The position numbers and the translations under genes are program-made. A stretch of DNA of 64,000 nucleotides from Antedon mediterranea (lineage: Eukaryota > Animalia > Echinodermata), in assembly GCF_964355755.1 (NCBI RefSeq), contig NC_092677.1, positions 16,824,101 through 16,888,100 on the forward strand, in the 5' to 3' direction. Every line of letters begins with the position of its first letter. The stretch's first letter is position 1. Below the pieces are notes generated by a model, which was not told where the DNA came from, made no database searches, and worked only from the letters and a program-made list of their open reading frames with translations. This document shows positions 52,701-64,000 of this stretch, piece by piece.

Positions 52701-55700
52701 TGTCAAATTCTCTTCCAATCCTTATATTTATTTGCTCAATTCATTATCTTTCGAAATTGTCATCTTCGAGTTTATTTTGATAATTCCATCATACCAAAAA
52801 AATAGAGCATTATGTGGGTCCCGTAATTTCACCTATGCTACACTGTATATAGATATACACAGTACAGTATATACTGTACATATTGTATATGGCATATAAT
52901 AGGCACAACTCAGCACTATAATAAGCGTATAATAGGATGACATACATCAACATTTTCCGATTGTATGTTAACATATGTGCATGTTTAAAAAATATGAATG
53001 TCAATAAAATGATAAAAATGATCACCTATAATTCGTCAAAGTGACGAATTAAATTCTAGTGAGAAATTGTTTTTGTAAAAAAAAATGTTTCTTCACAATT
53101 TCTTTCTGTACAGATTTTGTGTAACAAATATCTCAAAAAGTTTAATGTCAATGATTACCAACATTTCAGAATGTCTTTCCAATACTTTAACTTAGTCCTA
53201 ATAAGGTTTTCAGCGTGATCACTCATCCGTGACGTCATCTATTCGCCATTTTGTGAAATCACATTATCAATCATATCTCCATAATTAATTATCACATATT
53301 AATGAAATTCACTATACGTAAACTTCAGATCAAGGGTAAAAATATTAGCAAATAAAAATGCACGCGCACGTAGGTCATGCGCGTGAAATCGCTCGTTAAA
53401 AATTTAAAAAGCTCAAAATTATGTTTTGATCAATTTAGAGCATGAATTAGGCCATTTGCGTGTTTTAAAAAATTACTGCGCAAAAACACGTTTTTGCGCA
53501 CGCAATTCGTAAAAAGCGTAAAAAATAAAATTTGATGTAAACATCACATTCTTCTCACAATCTTTAGTACATTCTCCGATTTTGAGTCCATTCCGACTTA
53601 AAATAACGCTTTACGAGCACGTTAAACATGACAAAATGCGCACATTAATTGCACAAAAGTGCAAAAAATTGTAAAAATTAAGGCCTTTTTAAAATGAATA
53701 TAACTCTTCAGAGAGGCAGGTGACCCCCAATTTTTTTAACTTAATATGGAAGCCAATACGTTGTAGATATAAATGTATATAAACATTAGACGTACAAAAT
53801 GGTATTACGTCATCAAATGGCCACTTGAATTTAAAAATTAGGATTTTTTCCGTTTTGTGTAGGTTATCACATTCAATAGAGCGCATCTCTGCTATTTGAG
53901 CCCGATTTTCGCACTAATTTCAGTGTGTGCTTGCTTAATTATTTATCTTTCTCATAAGTTGTCAGTGTTTTCATTTTGATTACGTCATCACGCGTAAAAA
54001 CTTGAATAACGTAGGTCGTGTAATTTCACCTTCGCCGTAAATTTTAATATCTTACAACTCTTCAGAATTGAAGGTTACCTTGACGATTATAATTTATTAT
54101 GAAAGCTGATAAAATGTAGATATGAATTCATATAAAAACCAAGCCTATCAGATGTTGTGACGTTAACATATGGCCAGATGAAGTTAAAAAGTAGTTTTTT
54201 CATCTTTTTCGTCAAAGTTATACAAATTTCAAAGAGCGCGCACAGCGCTTCTACGTGCCAGATTTTCTTCCAATTCTTATATTTATTTGCTCAATTTATT
54301 ATCTTTCGAAATTGTCATCTTTGAGTTTATTTTGATAATTCCATCATACCAAAAAATTAGAACATGATGTGTGTCCCGTAATTTCACCTATGCTACACTG
54401 TATATAGATATACAGTATATACTGTACAATTATTGTATATGGCATATAATAGGCACAACTCAGCGATATAAGATTATGCATCATGTCATAGGATGGCGTA
54501 CATCAACTTTTTACGATCGTATGTTAACGTACATGCATGTTTAAAAAATGTTAATTTCATTAAAATGATAACAATGATCACCTATAATTCGTCAAAGTGA
54601 CGAATTAAATTCTAGTTTCTAATAATACTTTACTTTACACCTGATGATTCTTAACTGCAAGGTAGCATTGCATAAATTAAAAAATTAGTCAAGCATATAT
54701 CCATGATTTTTACAGGGAGGTTCTTTTTACCACAAAAGGGGCAAAAATCATCTCAAGCTATTTACCATTACTTTCGCTACTTGTCTCTAGTTGAAAAGGG
54801 CACTCCAGGCAAAAGTGGAGTTTGTTCCCCACTGGCTACAGGCTTGTATTAATCTGCCTTACACTTGTCAAGGCCAGGCTAATGATCTGGAGGTGCGTTT
54901 GCGTTTGAGTCCCATCCAAGAATTCTTTCATTTATATTTGTTCGCAAGTGTTCTCAATGCACTGAGTTCAGAATACAATTAAATCTGAAGAGGGAAAAAT
55001 ATCTGACCAATTACTTTCTGTTTATTTTCAACAATTATTGTATATGGTTATTAATATTATCCATTTTTTTAAAGTTTGTCTCTTACGTGGCCTACAAACA
55101 TTTTAAGATATCGAAATACTATACTGAAAATTGTAGACATGTTCATAAAAGGTTTCCGGTATTAAAAGTGTTGGCTAATGTGCTTATATTATATTAAGGA
55201 AAATTGCCATACTGATGTGGAGTATTTTCTTCCGAATTTCAGGCTTGGTGATGTCAAGTTTATGGCTGATAGAATTATCAACATGCGAAAGATGCTTGCA
55301 GATAACCTAAAGAAAGAAGGCTCCACGCATGACTGGTCACATGTCACTGATCAAATTGGAATGTTTTGCTTCACTGGACTTACACCAGAACAGGTGAGAT
55401 TTAATATTAAGACACACATTCCCCCTTTTCAAATCTATCCAATTCAAATCTAAGTTTTGTTAATGACACTTTAAAGAAATATGAAAATATTTCCTATATG
55501 TGGAATCACAGAAAAGAGTTAAGCTAAACAAGTTTGGAAAAAATGTGTTATGTGCCCAAATATGGTAGTAATCTGACATCATAGTGTCCATATAATTATG
55601 AGCACATCACATTTTTTTGTCACATAAAGTTTGATAGTCTAGACATCCTTTTAAACTAGAGAAATAAATTAGAGTGTAATTTACAACACAAGAAGTTAGT

Positions 55701-55989
55701 CCTATGGTTAGAAAAGGTGGTCCAGTATTATCACTGTGATGAAGAACATAACTTTCACAGTGCACCATTTATTTTAATTTGTGATAAATCTATTACAACG
55801 TATTAGAATTTTATGTTTTTATTTCATTATATTTATACCATAATTTTAACTATTTCTTGTCTTTAGGTGGAGAGAATTACCAAAGAATTTTCCGTATATT
55901 TAACAAAAGATGGCCGTATATCAGTAGCTGGAATCTCATCAGCAAATAATTCATACCTAGCGCATGCCATTCATCAAGTTACTAAGTAA
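46776..55989 (+). CDS. GOT2: Aspartate aminotransferase, mitochondrial; 425 aa
   Basis: Exons (+): 46776-46849, 47136-47292, 47457-47585, 48070-48203, 48518-48605, 49101-49169, 49633-49668, 50088-50238, 51221-51386, 55243-55393, 55867-55989 (1278 nt). Presequence, then [51 protein letters not shown]-lysine motif [30 protein letters not shown]. Confidence 0.97.
48209..48431. mobile_element. MITE abutting the GOT2 exon 4 donor
   Basis: Imperfect TIRs agagattcatgtcaaaattattctactg / cagtaaaataatttgtcatggtctct, with the palindrome agttactgcagtaact near both ends. Confidence 0.6.
49423..49556. mobile_element. hAT-like MITE
   Basis: TIRs cagtggcctaacg / cgttacgccactg. 8-bp flanks ccaatgag / tcgatgag are a decayed TSD. 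Confidence 0.65.
49790..49922 (+). mobile_element. 3'-truncated copy of the tRNA/Deu SINE
   Basis: High similarity to 34774-34915 (A box, B box, start of core). Confidence 0.8.
51468..54615 (+). mobile_element. Head-to-tail dimer of a ~1.55-kb Helentron/HINE-like element (51468-53059 and about 53098-54615) in GOT2 intron 9
   Basis: 5' subTIR taggtgatcatt (51471) with local inverted copy aatgatcaccta (51491) and a (tattct) tract. Each unit ends aatgatcaccta + hairpin ttcgtca-aag-tgacgaa + CTAG-t. The two units are colinear throughout. Confidence 0.8.
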
Positions 55990-56739
55990 AATCAGCTGAA
56001 ACAAATTAACATTTATATAATAATAATCGTCAAGGTTTAGTAAAAAATAATATTTAAAATGATTATATGAATTCGTAATGTTTCATCATTAATAGATGAT
56101 TGTGTGTTTTATTAACTGACCATATCCAACAAGATTTGGTATAGACAATTTGACTGAACAATTGACTGAAATATTAAGGATTGTTCTCACTAAAATGCAA
56201 CGAAAGGATGCAAGCACTAAATAATGTGACCATCCGACCTTGAGTTGAGTCTAGGTGAAAATTCAAGTTTTAACCAAGCAAATTGCAATTAAATGGTTTT
56301 AAAATGAAATATTCTACTATTATAAGTTTGCAGTCTATTAATAAATATGAAAACTAAAATGTCTTTGATTGTTTAAAAGTAAAAATTTAATTCATACTCC
56401 AATAAGAAACATGCCACACACAATTATGACTGATTCAACACAATTTAATGCAATTAACAAATGTGTACATGGAAACTGATACAATCAAGCTTACAATTCT
56501 ACATTATTCTGACCTATGTGGAATCCATCTTAACATCAAATTTGTCACAAATCCCTCCTACATATTTCTCAATGTTTACACTCATAAGTATTTATAGTAA
56601 AACTGTGATTTATACTAAAAATATTAAGTGTAATTTTATATTTACTATTACTCAATAATAAAAGCATGCATTGATTGTTTGCTGCTTGACTAATACTAAC
56701 TTATACTGAATCATATGATTACATACTGTAAAAACTGGT

Positions 56740-57305
56740 ATTATAGAACACCTAAATAAATTCCTGTCATTTGATTGGATGATAGTGGGTCACATGGCAT
56801 GTAATAGTATACAAACAATGAATGTTTATGAGTGTAATGGTACAAATAATGGCATGAGGTGAATGATGAAAAGTTATATTTCAACGATGCGAAGCTGAGT
56901 TTATATTTAACCTTTTATCATTCACCAAATGCCATTATTTGTACCATTACACGAATATAAAACCTTTGTTCTTCTTTATTGTATCTTCTTTATTGTACCA
57001 GAACAGGTGAGATTTAATATTAAGACACACATTCCCCCTTTTCAAATCTATCCAATTCAAATCTAAGTTTTGTTAATGACACTTTAAAGAAATATGAAAA
57101 TATTTCAATACAAAAGGTAGCCAAGATATAGCCGGAGCTAATCAAGCTTGGTACCTTTTAAAACATTCAGTATTTGCTTTATGGTGAATGATGAAAAGTT
57201 AAATATCAACTCGGCTTTGCATCGTTGGAATACAACCTTTCATCATTCACCTCATGCCATTATTTGTACCATTACACTCATAAACATTCATTATTTGTAT
57301 ATTAT
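56740..57305. mobile_element. Rearranged long-hairpin repeat (subfamily A) containing a captured GOT2 fragment
   Basis: Head at 56740-56806, inverted hairpin module 56808-56963, 110-bp copy of 55384-55493 at 56997-57106, direct hairpin module 57183-57303. Confidence 0.75.
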
Positions 57306-57640
57306 TACATACTCACTTATCAGGGGGAACATTAAACATGAATAAATATTATCTACGTACAAAGCCTTTTTCTGCGTTTTAAAATGTTGCCAGAAAGAAT
57401 GAAAGAAATAAAGAAACGTCAGAAAAACAACTTGTATGCAGCTTGAATACCATGATAAGCCCACCTAAAGTGCACTGTAACCACATAGTGTTATATTTAA
57501 TGAGAGGCTGCTTCTTGTTCACTTTGGCATATTTGTCAATTGTTGTTCCCTTTTTATTATTATTATTATTCTGGTTTATTAAAACAAAGACATGGCAGTA
57601 CAAAACTGAATTGCGTCCAGTAACATTAACATAAATAAAA

Positions 57641-57848
57641 AATATATCAAAACCGAGCAAAATTTACACAAACATCCAATATAAATATATATATATATAT
57701 ATATACAAAAATGCATTAAAAAAATAAAGAATATACAATTACAAATTTACAAAGATATATATCAAAAACGAGCAAAATTTACACAACCATCCAATATAAA
57801 AATATATATATATACATAAATGCATTTAAAAAAAAAGAATATACAATT
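57641..57848. repeat. ~115-bp tandem duplication with (TA)n
   Basis: atatatcaaaa.cgagcaaaatttacacaa.catccaatataaa...aatgcatt.aaaaaa..aagaatatacaatt occurs twice. Confidence 0.8.
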
Positions 57849-58459
57849 CTTATAATGAGTTCTACTGTAAAAAAGTCTATGTAGAATTTTAATTCACCGC
57901 CATCAAAGCGAGTTTTGTTTGTCGTTCGTTAAGTTTTATTAATGACAATAGATTTGTATTTCGAGCAGTACAAGAACCGATTGAGTACATCACGCCAATA
58001 AAGAAAATAGAGACATCGACTGTAGCGTATACTTTATGACCAGATTGGTTTGTATGTTAGTGTCTAATTAAAAATCTTTCAAACATCAATTAATATTGAT
58101 TATTTAATAAATGTTTATGATTCTTATTTATTAGCTTTGATTGACAGGTCAATACGTCGGTATATTGATGAAATTTGATATAATGCGTGATAAGTTTAAA
58201 TCAATGTCAACAATGAACTAATTGCTTAATGTCTTCAGTTATGTAACTACTATACATTTTAATTAAGATAAAAATTTATAAAAAATAAATTTTATAGTAC
58301 AGTAACCCTAAGTAAATAAATATTTATACAACTAACCATTATCTAGGTTTAACCGGATGTAATAATGAGAAAACATTTTTAAAATTTGGGTCAAAATTAG
58401 TGAAATATGACATAGAGCGTAATATTCGAAATTAAGTAATTTTAGTTGTTATATATTAG

Positions 58460-58645
58460 CAGCCTCTGTACATGCTCACACACCCCTGTACTTACTCACA
58501 AACCTCTAAACATGCGCAAAGCCCGCTGCACTTGCTCACAAACCTCTGCAATGCTCACAAACCTCTCTGCACATGCTCACAAAATTGTGCACATGCTCAC
58601 AAACCTCTGCACATGCTCACAAACCTCTGCACTTGCTTACAAGCT
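58460..58645. repeat. Degenerate ~20-bp minisatellite (gctcacaaacctctgcacat)
   Basis: About 9 imperfect units. Confidence 0.85.
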
Positions 58646-58999
58646 TCACAAGCCTGTTTTCAAACCATAATTATTAATCAATTAATCTCAACATTTTAAA
58701 CAGCAACAAGTTTGTATGTAAAAAAAGTCTTGTTTCATTTTCACATCTTCAAATATTTTGCATTTTTTAAATTAAAATATTGTTTTTCTTATGCTGTCAG
58801 TCACAGTCCGGTTTAGTATTTTCTTTCCAAACTTTATATTGATTTTACCTCTTCAAAGAATATAATTTTCTCCCATCATTAATCCGACTTCAATCCCACC
58901 GTGTTATTCCAAATCATATATCCCTAAGTCAATTCAGTTTTCAACAACACCGTTACTAGATAATTTGGTTCTGTTTAAGTAATTTTTATATAATGTATT

Positions 59000-59264
59000 T
59001 TTATTATTATGTATAATGTTTTTTGTGCAATTTTGTATAATGTGTATTACGTTCTTATATTTATTCGTTCTTTTTAAATATTGTACAAAAAAAGGAATTT
59101 CCGATGTCTTATTGGACCTAATAAATGCTGTGAGAGCAGCGCATTATTATTATTATTATTATTGTTATTATTATTATTTCTTTTTATTGTTGTGCGCATA
59201 GAGACATCGTTTATTTGCGCTATATAAATCTATCTATTATTATTATTATCTATTATTATTATTA
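59000..59264 (+). mobile_element. L2-type LINE/SINE 3' tail
   Basis: gcgcatagagac...gcgctatataaat followed by (TAT)n, the typical L2 3' stem-loop and tail. Confidence 0.5.
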
Positions 59265-59380
59265 CATGAAAATATAAAGAGTGGATAGAACGATCTGAAT
59301 TAGAGAATGTGTTATCGTGATATAGCTAAAATTAGTAGTTTGTTCAAACTGGAGGGATCATTATCTCAATAGTTTTTAAT

Positions 59381-60280
59381 TCACACAATAATATCTATTC
59401 TTGTTCTTCGTGGATTCAATTTCTTGCAAAGTAGCTCCTTCATAGATCTTCGAAATTCAGTAAGATGAAACCAATAAACAATTGGATTTATAAATGAATT
59501 TACAACTAAAACAATATATGTTATTGGCAAAACAAATTGGATAACTTCTGGAATATCTGAGCAGTTCATAAAAAGTCCAGAGAAAAAAACAAAAGTAACA
59601 CACATGTTTGGTCCCCATGTGAGCACATACACTGAAATAATAATAGCAAATGTTTTAAACAATTTTTTAAACTCTTCAATAACATTGATGCTTAAGTTTA
59701 CAGTAGGCCTAGTATGATTTTGTTTTAGTTTTATGTAGATATTGATGTACAGCAAAATAGTAGCTAACAATATAACCGAGAGAACTGAAGAAAACAACAA
59801 AAGGATACTATCTCTATCAACAATATATACAGTCAATATCCAGATAGATGGTAGTATTGCGATTGCGAATGCTACAAAAATGTAACGCTTGAGAGTTACA
59901 ATAACATTGTATCGTAGAGGTGCCCATACCAAAGCAATGGAACGATCAACAGCTATTGCAGCAATTGTCAATGCTGAAGACATAAACAGGCTGTTAGTAC
60001 TATAAGCAGTCAATAGAATAATTGGAGAATTATTGGCACTAAAAGCCAGTGATCCAGGCATTATTAATAAACTTGATGTTGCGTCAAAAATCGCTAGTAG
60101 GCCGATGAAGAGATTATGTATTTTACGTAATTTTTCATTAGTTGCGTATAAAATAATTACAAGTAGATTTCCAATAAAGCTAAATGGACATACACAGTAT
60201 AGCACCAGTCTTGCCTTATTCACGCTATCTTTATTCAAAATGCTGCCATACCAATCAGTAGCACTAGTACAATTTTCCAT
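59381..60280 (-). CDS. Single-exon rhodopsin-class (class A) GPCR, orphan/chemoreceptor-like; 299 aa
   Basis: Uninterrupted ORF from ATG 60280 with an N-glycosylation sequon (NCT) and 7 hydrophobic segments. Motifs GN (TM1), LAIFD (TM2), AVDRS (DRY variant), PLRY, WGP (TM6), NSFINPIVY..EFR (NPxxY/helix 8). Confidence 0.9.
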   Translation of the reverse strand: MENCTSATDWYGSILNKDSVNKARLVLYCVCPFSFIGNLLVIILYATNEKLRKIHNLFIGLLAIFDATSSLLIMPGSLAFSANNSPIILLTAYSTNSLFMSSALTIAAIAVDRSIALVWAPLRYNVIVTLKRYIFVAFAIAILPSIWILTVYIVDRDSILLLFSSVLSVILLATILLYINIYIKLKQNHTRPTVNLSINVIEEFKKLFKTFAIIISVYVLTWGPNMCVTFVFFSGLFMNCSDIPEVIQFVLPITYIVLVVNSFINPIVYWFHLTEFRRSMKELLCKKLNPRRTRIDIIV

Positions 60281-60646
60281 TTGATAGACTATTAATTTCT
60301 TTAGCTTCAAGTTTTCCTTTCTCTAATACTATTAGTCGTTCTTCTGTAGCCAGCAATGTAGTAAAGTGCTCTAATATTTTTCTTAATTTAGCTCGCTAAC
60401 TTGAGGTTTAGTTTGATTGACAGTTGATGGATGCTAATAATGTATTGATTTGATATGTGATATTAAGTGTAATATGCTAATTAACAAAACGTATTTTTAT
60501 ATATTAGCAAAAATCAATTAAATATTAAATAGTCTCTGAAATTGTATACACATTTTGATTTTACTTTAAAACTAATCATGCCTTTTAAAAGGTCTGTGAC
60601 CTCCTCAATAAGTGTTGCAGCCATTGGGAACATACTTGCAGTGGGC

Positions 60647-61035
60647 TTATAGTTTGACAATAATACAAAAAAATGTTGTCACCAGAGCAATTGAATGATC
60701 AATAGCTATTGCAAATGCTGAATATATTAGCAGGCTGTAAATACTACAAGCAGTTGCAAAAACAATTGGAGAATCTACATTATTCAGATTAAGTGATCCT
60801 GGCATAATCATTATGGTTGATGTTGAGTCGAAAATTGTTAATAAGCCGATGAAGAGATTCTGTATATTTAATAGTCTAATAATAATTACAAGTAGGTTCC
60901 TAATGAAACAAAATGAACAAAACAACCTTATTGATATTGTCATCTTTATTACCACAACTATACGAATTTGCAATACCAGTAACATTTTCCTTTTGTTACC
61001 AAATGCTGGGGTATACCAATTATTCTGTAGTTTTT
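60647..61035 (-). pseudogene. Decayed GPCR paralog fragment (TM1-TM3)
   Basis: NLLVII...NLFIGLLTIFDSTSTIMIMPGSL...SPIVFATACSIYSLL..SAFAIAIDHSIALV aligns with the intact GPCR. It has deletions and stops after TM3. Confidence 0.8.
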
Positions 61036-61139
61036 AATAGATTTGACACAGATAAAATATAATTCATTTATATAATAAAGAATTACCATATATAAGATTG
61101 GGAGCGTGAGTATCAAAACTGACGTGATCCTGTAGCGCT

Positions 61140-61400
61140 TTAGTCATGACAAGGGCGTGATAACGAAGCGGCGCCCATAGTACTAGCACATTTGAACGAT
61201 CAATTGCCACAGCAGAAATTGTTAATGTAGCTGATAGGAATAGTCCATTATTAATGTATGACATTATGTATTATTAAATAAAAACATTAATGAGCTCGGT
61301 ATTATTAGTATAATTATTGTCATGTCAATCATCGCTTATAGCCCAATGAAGATGTTTTGTTTTTTTCTTTATCTTGGAGATCTGGAACGTAAAATGATCA
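61140..61400 (-). pseudogene. Second decayed GPCR paralog fragment (TM2-TM3/ICL2)
   Basis: LFLSATLTISAVAIDRSNVLVLWAPLRYHALV matches the intact LFMSSALTIAAIAVDRSIALVWAPLRYNVIV. The upstream part is frameshifted. Confidence 0.75.
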
Positions 61401-61699
61401 CACGTAGGAAAGTAAACGCACTTAATATTAACATCAATCTCAGTGTTTCCATTTATTCTTCATTGATTTCAGAAAACCAATAACTGAAACTACTGCAGTT
61501 GATTCTTATTTTGTCTTCTATTATTTTTATGTTTTTTATTTCAAAACTAAATTATCAATCGATCTTAACATTTTTACAGCACACACAAAGTATTTGTAAT
61601 AAATAATAATATATAATAATAACAACTTTACATAATAACGGATGCAAATAATATGCAAATAGACACACTAATTGTCATTTTTGTACAATAAAAACAATT

Positions 61700-62160
61700 G
61701 TAAAATATAGATATAGTCTGTGAGATGAAACCAGTAAACAATTGGATTTACAAAAGCATTTAAAATAACAAATATATAAGTAATTGGCATAATTAACTGC
61801 ATCACTTTTTCTATAACTTCGGAGCAGTGATGAAATAATGATAAAAAAAGATATCAAGATACATATATTTGGTCCCCATGAAAAGACAAAAATTGCAATA
61901 ATGGTGATGATATTATTTTTGAAAAATTTGTTAAATTCTTTAATTTCATTACCGGTACTATAATATAGTATTTCTGAAAAAACGTACACACATTATTATG
62001 TGTGTACGTTTGAACAATTTTGGCGAAGCTTCTTGTAGATGTTGATGTACATAAATATTTTACAAATCATTATTAGAAACGTTGTAAAAGAAATAATAAA
62101 AAAAGATAAATCCATTTCTGCTGCAAAAAAAACTACTGCAGAAACAGAAACAGGGCCTTT
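61700..62160 (-). pseudogene. Third decayed GPCR paralog fragment (TM5-TM7)
   Basis: MYINIYKKLRQN, IKEFNKFFK...IFVFSWGPNIC and the nucleotide match aaacaattggattta(c)aaa to TM7 NPIVYW. The fragments lie in different frames. Confidence 0.75.
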
Positions 62161-62560
62161 GTGGCATTTTTTAAATATTATCACTACTAAATTTATATTC
62201 TATTCGCATCTATTGAATATCAATTTAGAACATGTAAAAAACATCCTAATTGATAAAAAAAAAAGCAATGACTTTTCTATTTGTAATATTGTTTTTAATA
62301 TATAATGCATACTGTCATAATTTGTGGGTTGTGTCGATCATGGTATCTGTGATAGTGTTATTAAGTCCTTTTAAAGCCCTTGTTCACAATAATTTTGAGG
62401 CTTAATTAAAATTATCAAAACCATTTTGATTTTCTTCTGCAATGGAACATGTCAATTTTAAATCAAATGTGTTTTGTACATTGTACACTTTTAAGAGAGG
62501 TGAATACAATTGGAATTTGAATATAATAAATAAGAATAATCATAAATAATACATCTTAAC

Positions 62561-62750
62561 AGAACCAACTAGGTGTTTAGCAGAACCAACTAGGTGTTTA
62601 GCAGAACCAACTAGGTGTTTAGCAGAACCAACTAGGTGTTTAGCAGAACCAACTAGGTGTTTAGCAGAACCAACTAGGTGTTTAGCAGAACCAACTAGGT
62701 GTTTAGCAGAACCAACTAAGTGTTTAGCAGAACCAACTACGTATTAAGCA
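62561..62750. repeat. Minisatellite, 9 x 21 bp (AGAACCAACTAGGTGTTTAGC)
   Basis: Near-perfect tandem units, with decay in the last two. Confidence 0.95.
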
Positions 62751-63337
62751 CTTTGGTATTACCTTGCCTTTTGTTTTCGCAGAAAGTTAAATAAATAAAT
62801 AAAATCTTATATTTTTGTTGATGTATTTTGCAAACTGATTATTTGGACTTATTTTTTGACTTATTTAAGAATAAAGATCTTTGCTTCTGTACAGTGAATG
62901 AAGGCTCCCGTTAAAAAGCGAATTCACGAAATTATATTTATATAAAGCATACTACCTGTCAAATCAATTTTTATGCATATAAATAATTATTTCCTGCCCA
63001 TAATACACAACGTTTAATGAGCAAACAAATCATCCTGGCCAAAACAGAAACATATGGAAACAAATCGTAGAAAGCGTAATGTCGGAATGACCGACAACGT
63101 TTCAGGAGAAAGAGAGAGGTGTATAGGAATTACCCATGTAGAGTATATTTAATTTGTCTCCTTGTTAAGTAGAACATGCACAGTAATTCATGAAATACTC
63201 TCTCATAAACATTCATTATTTGTAAATTAAGTGGTCTGTTAAAAACTAAGAACTGATTGATTGTTCAGTGAGCACAGCTGGATATGCCCACCTGTAATAA
63301 ACATAGCCTCCTTGACGAAGGTAATACACTGTTAAAT

Positions 63338-63585
63338 ACCATCCAATCCAGTCACACTACCATTCAATCCATTCACACTATCATTCATTCCAGTCAGATC
63401 AGACTGCCATCCAATACAGTAGGCCTAACACTACTATTCAATCCAGTCAGATGAGACTACCGTCCAATCCAGTAACAACACTACCATCCAATTCAGTAAC
63501 ACTATACCATCAAATCTAGTCACACTACCATCCAATCCAGTAACACTACCATCCAATCCAGTCACAGTACTACCATCCAATCCAG
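63338..63585. repeat. Degenerate ~21-bp minisatellite (ccatccaatccagtcacacta)
   Basis: About 11 imperfect units. Confidence 0.85.
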
Positions 63586-64000
63586 AGGTTTTCGGAACTA
63601 TAGATAGATGCCATGTGTTGGGTATGGCCAGATGAAAGAAGCTATAGTGATAGCATGGTTATATCTGAAATAAGAAAGAATGAAATCTATATTAAACATC
63701 TTTCTGATATGAAGATTTGGGGGCATGAGTTACAGGTTAATGCTAGTTTTGGACAATAATTACAAGAAAAAAAATTATCCTACCATAAGGGAAAAAAAAT
63801 GGGAAAAAAGCGTAAGAAAGAGTAATGCACTTTTACTTTTGTTTAAAACACATTCAGCGCCGTGCTAATTTACTTTTTATTAGAGGTCACCATTGCCATT
63901 GTCGTTGCTGTCTGTAAATTTCTAAGAGTTGCGAAATGAATTGCCTATTTTCACCTGAAACGCATTTTGGTCCCTGGATGTAACATGATATTGACGCGTG

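Noticed and set aside
60281-60310. Ten extra N-terminal residues on the GPCR in the ORF track
   Set aside because: They depend on a TTG start; the eukaryotic start is more likely ATG at 60280.
62561-62750. 21-bp array as telomere-like or CRISPR repeat
   Set aside because: It contains no TTAGGG units and no spacers; an ordinary minisatellite.

Overview
AT-rich, intron-rich animal genomic DNA, not prokaryotic. An invertebrate deuterostome, probably an echinoderm, is inferred from a Deu-domain SINE, the gene set and an intronless GPCR cluster. I reconstructed four spliced genes by hand, each with GT-AG borders and consistent exon phases. (1) An SLC7 LAT-type amino-acid transporter light chain (- strand, 8 coding exons here, continuing off the left edge). 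(2) A Morgue homolog: Zn-finger + F-box + variant E2 with catalytic Cys->Gly (+, 8 exons, 428 aa). (3) NDUFAF6 (-, 7 exons, 314 aa). (4) Mitochondrial aspartate aminotransferase GOT2 (+, 11 exons, 425 aa), head-to-head with NDUFAF6, with 224 bp between the ATGs. A single-exon rhodopsin-class GPCR and at least three decayed paralog fragments lie at the right end. Introns and spacers are packed with LINE 3' relics, SINEs, MITEs (Tc2/pogo-, Harbinger-, hAT- and Kolobok-like), Helentron/HINE-like elements, a long-hairpin repeat family and minisatellites. The most notable observations are the Morgue gene, clustered ATF4-type amino-acid response elements with E-boxes at the transporter, a minisatellite grown from a coding exon end plus splice donor, a perfect 110-bp GOT2 exon/intron piece captured in a rearranged palindromic element, and a 38-bp array carrying CUGAUGAG in every unit. 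I found no clearly new biological system. All repeat-family assignments rest on terminal structures read by eye, not on database searches.
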